Origin: Terriglobia bacterium
Lineage (GTDB): Bacteria > Acidobacteriota > Terriglobia > Acidiferrales > UBA7541
Direction of reading: 5' to 3'
Assembly (NCBI GenBank): GCA_963695545.1
Contig: OY968796.1
Location: forward strand, 3,264,001-3,328,000
Length of the DNA: 64,000 nt
Positions 9,437 to 19,372 of this stretch are shown here, piece after piece. The translations under genes were made by a program, and so were the position numbers. The notes below the pieces were generated by a model. The model made no database searches. It saw only the letters and a program-made list of their open reading frames with translations, and was not told where the DNA came from. Numbering within the stretch: position 1 is the stretch's first letter; the number at the start of each line of letters is the position of its first letter.

Positions 9437-10561
9437 TTGAGCAGTCTCCGGCCCCCCGGGTCGGTTTCAGGCCCCATGCGTCACACCGTAGAAATCGCCG
9501 GCCGAATTGAAACCCTATTCGGCACGCTCGACGAAAATCTGAAACTGCTGGAATCCGCTCTCCAGGTCACCACGGAGATCCACGACAACAGTCTTTTGGT
9601 TGAAGGCGAAGCCGCGCAAGTCGAACGCGCCGTGCACATCCTCGATGAATACAATCGCCTCGTGCGCGCCGGCCGCCCGATGGACAATGGCGAAGTGAAA
9701 GCGCTCTTCCGCGTGGCCACCGAAGACCCCAAAGCCTCGCTGCACACCATCCTCGGCAGCGAATCGCGTCCGCGCAGCTTCGGCAAGAAAAACGTCGCGC
9801 CCAAGAGCGCCAACCAGAAGCTCTACATGGAGTACATCGAGCGCTACGACATGGTTTTCGCCGTCGGCCCCGGCGGCACGGGAAAAACATATCTCGCCGT
9901 GGCCATGGCCGTTTCCGCGCTGCTCACGAAGAAAGTCAATCGCATCATTCTCGCGCGTCCCGCCGTTGAGGCCGGCGAGCGCCTCGGATTTCTGCCCGGC
10001 ACGCTCCAGCAGAAAATCGATCCCTACATGCGCCCGCTCTATGACGCGCTCTACGGAATGCTCGATGCCGATAAGCTCGAGCGCTTTCTCGAGAAAAACA
10101 TCATCGAAGTCGCGCCGCTGGCCTTCATGCGCGGCCGCACGCTGAACGATTCCTTCGTGATTCTCGACGAAGCGCAAAACACCACCAGCGAGCAAATGAA
10201 AATGTTTCTCACGCGCCTCGGTTTCAATTCCAAAGCCGTGGTCACCGGAGACATCACGCAGATCGATTTGCCCACCGGCCGAAGATCCGGCCTCGTCGAA
10301 GCCCTTGAAGTTGTCGACAAAATCGAAGGCATCGGCTTCGTGCACTTCAATGAACGCGACGTCGTGCGCCACAATCTCGTGCAGCAGATCATCCGCGCCT
10401 ACGAAGAATTTGAGGCCGGCCAGTCCTCGCGCGCATCCGGCGCCACGTCGGCGAACAAAATCAGAAACAAAGGCAATGGCAAGTCCGATGCTCCCGGCGA
10501 CGCCCAAAGCGACGCGCGTAGCGATACCCGCGGCGATGCTGGCGATCGCGCGGCGGAGTAG
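9437..10561 (+). CDS. phoH: PhoH-like ATPase (YbeZ family)
   Basis: GPGGTGKT Walker [36 protein letters not shown] before TTG (alternative ATG 9476). Confidence 0.93.
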   Translation: MSSLRPPGSVSGPMRHTVEIAGRIETLFGTLDENLKLLESALQVTTEIHDNSLLVEGEAAQVERAVHILDEYNRLVRAGRPMDNGEVKALFRVATEDPKASLHTILGSESRPRSFGKKNVAPKSANQKLYMEYIERYDMVFAVGPGGTGKTYLAVAMAVSALLTKKVNRIILARPAVEAGERLGFLPGTLQQKIDPYMRPLYDALYGMLDADKLERFLEKNIIEVAPLAFMRGRTLNDSFVILDEAQNTTSEQMKMFLTRLGFNSKAVVTGDITQIDLPTGRRSGLVEALEVVDKIEGIGFVHFNERDVVRHNLVQQIIRAYEEFEAGQSSRASGATSANKIRNKGNGKSDAPGDAQSDARSDTRGDAGDRAAE

Positions 10562-10576
10562 CCCGCGACGGAATCC

Positions 10577-11053
10577 ATGGTCGTCAACCGACAGCGCCGC
10601 ATTTCCGTTGCACTCGATCCGCTCAAGCAGTTCGCCGAGCGCGCCCGCCGCGAACTCCGTTTTCCCGACGACGCGGTCACCGTGTGCCTCGTGAGCGACG
10701 CAGCCATCGCGCGCCTCAATCGCCTCTATCGCGGTAAGCGCGGTCCCACCGACGTGCTTTCCTTTCCTTTCGATGCACGGCACATGCGTTCCAAATCTGC
10801 GCGTGCCCCACGCGCCGATTTTGCGCGTGGGGGTTTTTCGCGGCACGGGATTCCTCAATACGCGGGCGACATCGCGATTTCGCCTTCCACCGCGCGCCGC
10901 AACGCGCGCCGACTCGATCGCTCGCTTCCCGCCGAGCTTCGCGTGTTGATCCTTCACGGCATGCTGCATCTCGCCGGCTACGATCACGAAACCGATCGCG
11001 GCGAAATGGACCGGATCGAGCGGCGCCTGCGCCGCCGCCTGGGCTTGGGATAG
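10577..11053 (+). CDS. ybeY: rRNA maturation endoribonuclease YbeY
   Basis: LNRLYRGK..PTDVLSFP, GDIAIS, HGMLHLAGYDH. Confidence 0.93.
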   Translation: MVVNRQRRISVALDPLKQFAERARRELRFPDDAVTVCLVSDAAIARLNRLYRGKRGPTDVLSFPFDARHMRSKSARAPRADFARGGFSRHGIPQYAGDIAISPSTARRNARRLDRSLPAELRVLILHGMLHLAGYDHETDRGEMDRIERRLRRRLGLG

Positions 11054-11057
11054 TCGT

Positions 11058-12329
11058 ATGGCAATTCTTCTCCATATCCTCGTGGTGATGTCCTTGTGCG
11101 TAGGCCTTGCCGTGTTCTCCTACGTCGATCGCATCTATCTCGAATTGGGCCGCGCCACCACCGGCCGCCTTCACGATCAGTTGAACATTTTTGAAGCCGA
11201 GGTCGAACCGCGCCTGGATCTCGATCGCCGCCGTGCCGCGCGTGGCTTTCGATTGATCGCTCAATTGTGGCTGGTCGTCGTCGCTGTCGAAACAGCGCGT
11301 GGCGTGGTGTTCTTTGTTCCGGAATCCTGGTCCGCTCTCGTGCAGTTGGTTGTCTATTTGCTTCTCGAAGTGGTTGTTTGCGCCCACTTCATCCCGGAGT
11401 TCCTCCTCGCGCGTACCACCGGCCGGTGGCTCGCGCGGATCGCTCCCGTGCTGCGCGCCTTTCTGTGGCTCGTGTGGCCGCTGCGCGCCGGTCTTGATGG
11501 CGCGATTTCGCTCGCGCGCCTGAGCGACGAGGATTCGCCCGAGATTCTGTCCGATCAGGACAAAATCGGCGCGCTCGTCGAAGCCGCCGAAGAGCAGGGC
11601 ATGATCGAACGCGATGAAGCGCAAATGATCGAGCAAGTGGTCGAGTTCAGCGAAAAGCGCATGCGCGAGGTAATGACCCCGCGCCCCGACGTCGTGGTCA
11701 TCCCCGCGTCGTCCACGCTCGAACAGTTGCGCCGCCTGATGATCGAAACCAAATTCTCGCGCGTCCCCGTTTACGGCGAAACTTTGGACGACGTCATCGG
11801 CATCGCCTATTCGCGCGACCTTCTCCAGGTTTCCGAACAGGACGCGCGCCACCGCTTGGTTCGCGAACTCGCGCGCCCCGCGCTTTTCGTGCCCGAGACC
11901 AAGCGCGGTTCCGAGCTGCTCAAAGAAATGCAGCGCAAAAATCAGCAAATGGCCATCGTCGTCGATGAACACGGTCTGCTCGCCGGAATCGTCACCGCGG
12001 AAGATTTAATCGAGGAGATCGTCGGCGAAATCGGCGAAGAAGATCGCCTGCTCGCGCCCGACGTCGTGCGCGAAAGCGATGGGAGTCTCGTTCTGCGCGG
12101 CAGCGTCTCCCTCGAAAAAGCCGGCGAACTCTTCGGCGTCGAATTCGGCGCCGCCGCTGAAGAAGGCGCCACCACAATAGGCGGCCTGATCAATCACGTC
12201 CTCGGCCACGTCCCCAAGCCCGGCGAACGCGCCGAATCCGGCGGCGTCAGTTTTGAAGTCCTCGAAGCAAATCAGCGCAAGGTCTTACGCCTCCGCGCCC
12301 GCCGAACGGCTGCCGTTTCCGCTCGCTAA
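11058..12329 (+). CDS. Hemolysin/CorC-family CBS-domain membrane protein
   Basis: N-terminal TMs, REVMTPRPD, FSRVPVY, VVDEHG..AGIVTAEDLIEEIVGEI, CorC/HlyC C-terminal domain. Confidence 0.9.
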   Translation: MAILLHILVVMSLCVGLAVFSYVDRIYLELGRATTGRLHDQLNIFEAEVEPRLDLDRRRAARGFRLIAQLWLVVVAVETARGVVFFVPESWSALVQLVVYLLLEVVVCAHFIPEFLLARTTGRWLARIAPVLRAFLWLVWPLRAGLDGAISLARLSDEDSPEILSDQDKIGALVEAAEEQGMIERDEAQMIEQVVEFSEKRMREVMTPRPDVVVIPASSTLEQLRRLMIETKFSRVPVYGETLDDVIGIAYSRDLLQVSEQDARHRLVRELARPALFVPETKRGSELLKEMQRKNQQMAIVVDEHGLLAGIVTAEDLIEEIVGEIGEEDRLLAPDVVRESDGSLVLRGSVSLEKAGELFGVEFGAAAEEGATTIGGLINHVLGHVPKPGERAESGGVSFEVLEANQRKVLRLRARRTAAVSAR

Positions 12330-12427
12330 CGCTCGCCGCGCGTCAGCCGCCTCGGCACAGCAAAACACGCAGCAAAACACGCCTCTCGTCTGCACCCGGC
12401 CGGAGAACCAGTCGATGTTTGGTTAAG

Positions 12428-12607
12428 GCCCGTAGGGGTGATACCGCAGCCTGTCGAGGATGCGCGCCACGCCGCGTGAGGCGATGCGCAGCGCAAGACC
12501 AGCCCCGTAGGGGCGGCAGAGCTTAGCCCAGGGCGTAAGCCCTGGGCAGCCGAAACAAAAGAACTCTCTTCCAATTGTTCTGAATCAGCCCCATCCGGGC
12601 GACACAG
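12428..12607 (+). repeat. Cluster of REP-like palindromic elements
   Basis: GCCC(C)GTAGGGG at about 12428 and 12502, degenerate copy AGCCCCATCCGGGCGACAC near 12587, hairpin CCCAGGGC-GTAA-GCCCTGGG 12527-12546. Confidence 0.65.
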
Positions 12608-12745
12608 TTCTGCTGTAACTTTTGTATCGTCAGTGAATTGCAAACTGCTCGTGCACACTTTTCCTGCAAGTCCGGTCTTCACATCAGCTTACAAACTGGG
12701 TACCCGGGGGTGCACCCCCCATGGATGCTATCCCATTTATTTTCT

Positions 12746-13459
12746 TCACCCGTGATGAATCAAACGCGCGATAAAGAACGCCGCCGTAGCCGCCAATCCG
12801 CCAATCAGCACGGTCTGCACCGCACCTTTGCCGGCGGAGATCCCCGTATAGCGCGCCTTAACTCCGCCAAACACCGCCAGCGCCAGGATCGTCACTCCAA
12901 CCGAGTAATAGAGTGCGGGCACCACGTTCGGCAAAACCATGTAAGGCGCGAGCGGAATCAATCCGCCGACTACGTACGAAAGTGCGATCGTCACCGCGCT
13001 GGTCACCGCCCGTTTCGGATTCGGCGGCTCCAGCCCCAACTCGAAGCGCATCATGAAATCGACCCAACTTTTCTGGTCCGCGCAAACAGCGCTAACCACC
13101 GGCGCGATCTGCTCTTCCGTGAGCCCGTAGCCGCGAAACACATCGGCAACCTCTTGCGTTTCGCGCTCCGGCAGTTCCACAGTTTCCCGCTGCTCGCGTT
13201 CCAGCTCCGATGCGTAATGTTCCGCGTCGGTCCGCGCCGCAAGATATCCGCCCAGTCCCATCGCGATCGACCCCGCCGCAATCTCCGCGAATCCCGCCGT
13301 GATCACCAAGCTCGTAGCGTGCCCCGTCGACGCCACGGCACCGGTGATTCCCGCCGCGAGCGCAAACGGCACCGTCAGCCCGTCTGCCATGCCGATCACC
13401 ACGTCGCGCACGGTCTCCGTCGCCGTAAAATGCTTCTCGTCGTGAGTCGTGTCGTGCAT
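12746..13459 (-). CDS. VIT1/CCC1 family Fe/Mn transporter
   Basis: RDVVIGMADGLTVPFALAAG, AEIAAGSIAMGLGGYLA, DFMMRFELGL; AAGGAG RBS. Confidence 0.92.
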   Translation of the reverse strand: MHDTTHDEKHFTATETVRDVVIGMADGLTVPFALAAGITGAVASTGHATSLVITAGFAEIAAGSIAMGLGGYLAARTDAEHYASELEREQRETVELPERETQEVADVFRGYGLTEEQIAPVVSAVCADQKSWVDFMMRFELGLEPPNPKRAVTSAVTIALSYVVGGLIPLAPYMVLPNVVPALYYSVGVTILALAVFGGVKARYTGISAGKGAVQTVLIGGLAATAAFFIARLIHHG

Positions 13460-13653
13460 CGGGATTTGGCTCCTTACAATTGCTGCGATCGCATCCGCCC
13501 CGTCAGTACGGCGAAGTCTAACACGGGCGCGATTGATCGCCAGTCCTGCATCGATCCACCCTTCGGGCGCAAGCCAGAGTAAACTAATAGGCGCGACGAA
13601 CCGCGGCATCACTGTACGACCGCGACACCAATCGAAATTGTGAGCCAAACATT

Positions 13654-14580
13654 TTGAGCGAAATATGTAGGTCAGGTTTTGCGGCCCTCATCGGCCGGCC
13701 GAACGCCGGCAAATCGACGCTGGTCAATCGCCTGGTCGGCCAAAAAATATCGATCGTCACGCCGCGCCCGCAAACCACGCGCAATCGCATTCAGGGAATC
13801 GTCAATCGCCCCGATGCGCAGGTCGTGCTGATCGATACGCCCGGCCTGCATCGCCCCGACTCCGTCCTCGGCAAACAGATGAGCCAGGAAGTGGAAGCCG
13901 CGATCGAAGGTGTCGACGTCGTGGCGCTGCTGCTCGACGCCAGCGAGCCACTCGGCCAGAGCGAATTGCGCGCCATCGCCCGCGCGCAAACTTTCCCCGG
14001 CCCGCGACTCCTGCTCCTCAACAAAGTCGATCGCGTCGATAAACCAACGTTGCTCCCGCTCATCGAGCGCTGCCAGCGCGAAGGCGAGTTCGCGGAAATT
14101 ATTCCGATCTCCGCTCTGAAGGGAACCGGCGTCGAGGACGCGCTCGCGGCCATGATCGCGCGATTGCCCGAAGGACCGCCTCTGTTCCCGCCCGATCAAA
14201 TCACCGATCAGCCCGAGCGATTTCTCGCGGCCGAAATTGTGCGCGAAAAAGCCATGATTGCCACGCGCGAAGAAGTGCCCCACGCCGTCGCCGTCGTCGT
14301 GGAATCGTTCGAGGAATCCCCGAAAATCGTGCGCATCTCAGCAGTCGTGCACGTCGAGCGGGAAGGGCAGAAGGGCATCCTGATCGGCGCCGGCGGCCAA
14401 ACCCTCAAGCGCATCGGCACCGAAGCGCGCCGCGAACTCGAAACGCTCCTCGGAACGAAAGTCTTTCTCGAACTCCGCGTGCGCGTCAGCCGCGATTGGC
14501 GCGACAATCCCGCGCTTGTGCGCCAGATGGATTGGCGCCGTCAACTCGAACAACTCGGCGGTAGCGATTCGCAGGAGTGA
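13654..14580 (+). CDS. era: GTPase Era
   Basis: GRPNAGKS, QTTR, DTPG, NKVD, KH domain with KGILIGAGG. Confidence 0.95.
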   Translation: MSEICRSGFAALIGRPNAGKSTLVNRLVGQKISIVTPRPQTTRNRIQGIVNRPDAQVVLIDTPGLHRPDSVLGKQMSQEVEAAIEGVDVVALLLDASEPLGQSELRAIARAQTFPGPRLLLLNKVDRVDKPTLLPLIERCQREGEFAEIIPISALKGTGVEDALAAMIARLPEGPPLFPPDQITDQPERFLAAEIVREKAMIATREEVPHAVAVVVESFEESPKIVRISAVVHVEREGQKGILIGAGGQTLKRIGTEARRELETLLGTKVFLELRVRVSRDWRDNPALVRQMDWRRQLEQLGGSDSQE

Positions 14581-14666
14581 TTGGCGAGAGCGAGCTGCCC
14601 GCGGAGGCTGGGCTCGTCGTTGAAGTAAAACGGCTTCTTCTGCAAGTTGGTTTTGACCTTCGGAAC

Positions 14667-16052
14667 TTACTCGTCGTTGATTTCGCTGACCTTTTCTTCT
14701 TTTTCCTCGGGCGAAATCCCGAGCGACTTCATCTTGCGATACAAATGGCTGCGCTCGAGTCCAATGGCCATCGCCGTGCGCGTCATGTTCCATTGGTTTT
14801 CTTCGAGCTTGCGCAAAATGAAATCGCGCTCATAGGCCGCGCGCGCCTCGTGCAGGGTTGCCGGCGGCGCTTGCGGCGTGTGCGCCGAGCTGCGAAAAAG
14901 CTCGGGCGGAAGATGGTGTGGTTCAATACGCTGCTGCGGGCAAACGATCACCAGTCGTTCGATCACGTTGCGCAGTTCGCGCACGTTGCCCGGCCACGAA
15001 TAGCGCATCATCACTTCGAGCGCCCCGTCGGAAAGTTCCTTCGCTTGCCGCCCGTACGCGCCCGTGTAGCCGGCCAGAAAATATTGCGCAAGCACGGGCA
15101 CGTCCTCGATTCGCTCGCGTAGCGCCGGAATCACGAACGGCACGACGTTCAACCGGTAAAACAAATCCTCGCGGAACCGATCGCGCGCGATTTCATCTTC
15201 GAGGCGTTTGTTCGTCGCGGCGATCACGCGCACGTCGACGCGCAGCGCGCGATTTGATCCCAGCGGTTCCACGCTTTGTTCTTCGAGCACGCGCAGCACC
15301 TTCGATTGCGTGCGCAAACTCATGTCGCCGACTTCATCGAGAAACAAAGTGCCGCCATCCGCGCGCTGAAATTTTCCGATCTTGTCTTCATGCGCGCCGG
15401 TGAAACTCCCGCGCAAGTGCCCAAAAAGCTCCGATTCGATTAGTTCGTCCGGAATCGCCGCGCAATTCATTTCCACGAACGGCCGCGCGCTGCGCAAACT
15501 CGCCGCGTGCAGCGCCCGCGCCACCACTTCCTTCCCTGTGCCGCTCTCCCCGTAAATCAAAACGCGTCCCGTGGTCGGCGCCGCCACGGCGATCTGCTGC
15601 CGCAGCGCCTTCATCGGCACGCTCCCGCCAATCACCTGATAACGCGAGCTCAGCTCTTCGCGCAGCCGCCGATTCTCGCTCTCGAGGCGCAGATGTTCGA
15701 CCGCGTTCTTGACCACGAGAATTATTTTTTCCAGCTCGAACGGCTTCTCGATGAAATCGAACGCGCCAAGTTTCGTCGCGCGCACCGCGGTCTCGATGTT
15801 GCCGTGTCCTGAAATCATCACCACCATCGCCGGCGATCCGGTCTCGCGAATTTGCTTCAGCGTCTCCAAACCATCCATTCCCGGCAGCCACACGTCGAGC
15901 AGCACCACTCCCGGCGGCCGCGCGTCGAGCGCCGCGAGGCATGCTTCGCCGCTCGCGACAGCCTCCGCGTCGTAGCCTTCATCCGCGAGGATGGCCGAAA
16001 GCGATTGGCGAATTCCTTCTTCGTCGTCCACGATCAGAATGCGATGCTTCAT
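14667..16052 (-). CDS. Sigma54-dependent response regulator, NtrX-like
   Basis: REC (LLDVWLP, MISGHGNIETAV), AAA+ (GESGTGKE, GSFTGA, WPGNVRELRN), Fis HTH (LERSHLYRKMK). Confidence 0.9.
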   Translation of the reverse strand: MKHRILIVDDEEGIRQSLSAILADEGYDAEAVASGEACLAALDARPPGVVLLDVWLPGMDGLETLKQIRETGSPAMVVMISGHGNIETAVRATKLGAFDFIEKPFELEKIILVVKNAVEHLRLESENRRLREELSSRYQVIGGSVPMKALRQQIAVAAPTTGRVLIYGESGTGKEVVARALHAASLRSARPFVEMNCAAIPDELIESELFGHLRGSFTGAHEDKIGKFQRADGGTLFLDEVGDMSLRTQSKVLRVLEEQSVEPLGSNRALRVDVRVIAATNKRLEDEIARDRFREDLFYRLNVVPFVIPALRERIEDVPVLAQYFLAGYTGAYGRQAKELSDGALEVMMRYSWPGNVRELRNVIERLVIVCPQQRIEPHHLPPELFRSSAHTPQAPPATLHEARAAYERDFILRKLEENQWNMTRTAMAIGLERSHLYRKMKSLGISPEEKEEKVSEINDE

Positions 16053-16067
16053 GGGAAAGTTGGGCCG

Positions 16068-18320
16068 TTAAGACTCGGTTGAAATCGGCGCCGCGCGCAC
16101 CTCCGCGACCGGGATTTGCAGGATAAAGCGCGCGCCCGCTGGAGAATTGTCCTCAACGCGCAAAGTTCCATTGTGCTCGGCGACGATGCGGCTTGAAATC
16201 GCGAGACCCAGGCCCGTCCCGCGATCCTTGGTGGAAAAGTGCGGCAGAAAAAGTTTGTCCTTGTCCTCCGGTGAAATTCCGTGGCCGCTGTCCGCGACGA
16301 TCAGCGTCACGGTTTCGCGATCGTCGTCGGCGTGCGTCTCGACGGTGAGTTCGCGCACCGCGCTTCCTTCCATCGACTCGGCGGCATTGTCGATCAAATT
16401 CACCAGAACGCGGCGCAATTGCTCGGCGTCGGCGCGGATCGCCGGCAAGCCAGGCTCGAATGTCGCGCGCACGCGAATTCCGTCCAGGCGCCCGCTGAAC
16501 ACTTCCAGCGCGCTCCTCACGATTGCGTTCGGATCGAGCGGTTCAAGCCGCGCGGTGGGGAAACGCGCGAAGTCGGAGAATTCTTTCACCAGCGATTCAA
16601 GCGTGGTCACTTCGCGCTGTATCAAGCCGGCGCATTCTCCGGCCAGGCGAACCAACTCAGGCGCTTGCGCTCCGGCGGCGGCCGCGCCCTGGCGATCGAG
16701 AAAACGAGTGAGGCGCTGCGCGGAAAGCTGAATGGGCGTGAGTGGATTCTTGATCTCGTGCGCGATGCGCTGCGCGACTTCCTGCCAGGCGGCGGCTTTC
16801 TGCGCACCGAGCAATTCGGTTAAATCGTCCACCACGACGATGTAACCCAAATTCGAGCGGCGCGGGCCCAGCGCGCTGACGGTGACCGCGGCGTGGAGCA
16901 AGCGCCCTGACGCGGCGATCTCGAGATCTTGCGATGCTGTCCCCATGCGCAGCGCGCGGCGCATCAGCGATTGCACGGAATGCGCCGCTTGTTCGCCCAT
17001 GAGAAGTTCCAGAGTGCCCGCCTTGCGCGATTCCGACCCGAACATTTTCTCGCCAGCCGGATTCACGCGACGCACGGCGCCATTCGGACTCAGGGATATC
17101 ACGCCGGTCGGAATGCTTTCGAGAATTGTTTCGAGCAGCGTGCGCCGCTGCTCGAGTTCCTGCACGGCCTGCTGCAAACTATGCGTGAATTGATCGAGTT
17201 GCCGGCGATTGTCGGCCAATTGCGCGGTCATTTGATTGAAAGACTGAACCAGCATTCCGAGTTCGTCGCGCGCCTGCACGTCGACGCGCGTATCGAAATT
17301 TCCGGCGCTGACGGCGCGCGTGGCCTCGGCGAGAGCTTGAATCGGGACGGTAAGCTGCTTGGAAAGAAACAGCGCAAACCACGTGGCGGTGAATAGAAGC
17401 AGCAGTGTGAAAAGCAGCAAGATCATCATCATCTGGAACTTGTACGTGCGCAGGCCCTGGCGTTGCCTTTCGTATCCCGAGATCTGCGCCTCGATTTGAT
17501 CCAGCCGAGCCTGATAATCGTCGGGTGTGATTCGCGCCACGATCAGCGCGCCGTCCGGAAGCGCCTGCCTCACGCTCATCATCACCACGTTGCCATCGCG
17601 CCAGAGCTCGGGACCATTCGGGATGGTTCTGACGTAGACGGGGTGCATCGAAATCAGCGCGCGGTTCATGGCGTCGCGAGCGATGGCGGGCGTAGTTTCG
17701 CCGGGCCGCTCCGCCCGAATCGCTTCGGTTACGTTGCCTTTGGAGTCGAGCAGCCAGGCCGCGTCCGTGCCGTAGTTCACGCCAAATAGAAGCGCCGGGG
17801 AGACGCTCTGTCCCTTTGGCGGATGCGCGCCCTTGCTGGATTCCTCGATGTTCGCAGCCGCGCGCGCGCTGCGCCCGATGCGTAGAATTTCATTGGCGCG
17901 AATTTCTTCTTGCGTCGAGATCATGGCCTGCGCGGCCATCTCGAGCGGGCGCGGAAACCAGGTGCTCAGCGTGCGGTTCAGCAATGCGTAACTCACGATG
18001 AACAAAAAAACCAGCGGCAATAGTGACAGCGACACCGCTGCCACGACCATGCGCGTTTTGAAACGCGATCCGACTTGTCGCGCGCGGCGCTCGGCCCCGA
18101 GTTTCAAAAGACTGCGCGTGAGCACGAGGCCGAAGACGATTAAGTTGACGACGAGGAACGCCGTGACCGCCCAGAGGATCAGGACCTCGGGGCCCATCTG
18201 AGCCTGTATGAACGTGGGGAGGCGCAAGGACCCGAGCGTGAAGATGGCCGCAAGAAGCAGCGCGAAAACCAATCCGCCGACCGCCAGCCATATCTTCGTC
18301 CTGCGGCGCGTCGCAGTCAC
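16068..18320 (-). CDS. Membrane sensor histidine kinase, NtrY-like (HAMP-PAS-HisKA-HATPase)
   Basis: [43 protein letters not shown] overlaps the upstream stop. Confidence 0.9.
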   Translation of the reverse strand: MTATRRRTKIWLAVGGLVFALLLAAIFTLGSLRLPTFIQAQMGPEVLILWAVTAFLVVNLIVFGLVLTRSLLKLGAERRARQVGSRFKTRMVVAAVSLSLLPLVFLFIVSYALLNRTLSTWFPRPLEMAAQAMISTQEEIRANEILRIGRSARAAANIEESSKGAHPPKGQSVSPALLFGVNYGTDAAWLLDSKGNVTEAIRAERPGETTPAIARDAMNRALISMHPVYVRTIPNGPELWRDGNVVMMSVRQALPDGALIVARITPDDYQARLDQIEAQISGYERQRQGLRTYKFQMMMILLLFTLLLLFTATWFALFLSKQLTVPIQALAEATRAVSAGNFDTRVDVQARDELGMLVQSFNQMTAQLADNRRQLDQFTHSLQQAVQELEQRRTLLETILESIPTGVISLSPNGAVRRVNPAGEKMFGSESRKAGTLELLMGEQAAHSVQSLMRRALRMGTASQDLEIAASGRLLHAAVTVSALGPRRSNLGYIVVVDDLTELLGAQKAAAWQEVAQRIAHEIKNPLTPIQLSAQRLTRFLDRQGAAAAGAQAPELVRLAGECAGLIQREVTTLESLVKEFSDFARFPTARLEPLDPNAIVRSALEVFSGRLDGIRVRATFEPGLPAIRADAEQLRRVLVNLIDNAAESMEGSAVRELTVETHADDDRETVTLIVADSGHGISPEDKDKLFLPHFSTKDRGTGLGLAISSRIVAEHNGTLRVEDNSPAGARFILQIPVAEVRAAPISTES

Positions 18321-19063
18321 AGCGCGATCTCCGCGCCGGGCACGAGATGGGTTTGAGCAGCAGAGTTCGGCGGTAGAGGACGTGCGGCCGGCGATCGGAG
18401 CGGGGAATCGGCCGGCAAGGAATCGTGCAGCGGGCACTCCGTACAGCGCGGTTCGCGCTTGCGGCACCAGTTCTTTCCGGTGTTGACGATCAGCGCGTGA
18501 AATTCATTGTAGACCCGGGCATCGCGAACAAGGCGTCCTTCGATCAGCTCGCGCACAGCTTCGTAGTCGTGTTTGCGCGGCGCAAGGGCGCTCGGGCCAC
18601 CAGCAATCGCGTGCCGCTCGAGGATTCGGTGCGTGTACGCGTCAACCACAAACACCGCGTGGCCGCCGGCATAAAGCAAGATCGAATCCGCCGTTTCCGG
18701 GCCGATCCCGTGCACTTGAAGTAGGCGCTCGCGCAACTCAGCCGTAGGCGTGCGGAACATCCGCGCCAGCGAGCCGCCGAATTCCTGACGCAGGAATGCC
18801 ACAAATGCCTTCAATTTTCGCGCCTTCTGCCGAAAATAACCGGAAGGACGAACCAGCCGCGCGAGCCGCGCGAAAGAAACGCGCTCGAGAGCCGCGAAGG
18901 TTAGCAGCCGCTCGCGGCGCAAATTCGCGATGGCGCGTTCGACGTTCGACCATGACGTGTTCTGCGTCAAGATGGCTCCCACGATTACCTCGAACGGCGT
19001 CCTTGCGGGCCACCAGTGCATCGGTCCCAGCGTCTCCGACAACTTCCGGAAATAGGCCGTCAA
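18317..19063 (-). CDS. Endonuclease III-related HhH-GPD protein with Fe-S motif
   Basis: WWPARTPFEVIVGAILTQNTSW, GIGPETADSILLY, VVDAY, CRKREPRCTECPL; start uncertain (TTG 19063; ORF open to 19252). Confidence 0.85.
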   Translation of the reverse strand: MTAYFRKLSETLGPMHWWPARTPFEVIVGAILTQNTSWSNVERAIANLRRERLLTFAALERVSFARLARLVRPSGYFRQKARKLKAFVAFLRQEFGGSLARMFRTPTAELRERLLQVHGIGPETADSILLYAGGHAVFVVDAYTHRILERHAIAGGPSALAPRKHDYEAVRELIEGRLVRDARVYNEFHALIVNTGKNWCRKREPRCTECPLHDSLPADSPLRSPAARPLPPNSAAQTHLVPGAEIAL

Positions 19064-19372
19064 GTCGGGCGAGCCTGCTAGATCGGGTTTTTCCGGAGCG
19101 ACGCGCGCCGATGCGCCGGTGCGCCTGATGCGTGGTGCAAGCCGCGGGGTAGCGGCTCGGCGGGTGTGTTCCGGGCTCAAAGGTCGCCGTAAAGCAAGAT
19201 ATCCAGCGCCGGAAGGCAAGTCAAGCCAACGAACGAAGGGAGGGGTAACCAACGGGCTTCCACTACAGGTGTTGCGCCTTTCACTACGATGTGCGAATCC
19301 GGCACGCGTGGCGCGGTTCCACTTCTGCTAACGTGAAAACTTGAGGTGATGTGTGTTCGGAGGACTTAGCTA

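Noticed and set aside
12326..12682. 118-aa ORF between the CBS gene and VIT1
   Set aside because: It is a translation of palindromic repeats with no RBS or protein-like features.
19300..19315. Sigma54 promoter for pilB (CGGCACGCGTGGCGCG)
   Set aside because: Spacing is correct but the -12 lacks TT; likely by chance in GC-rich DNA.
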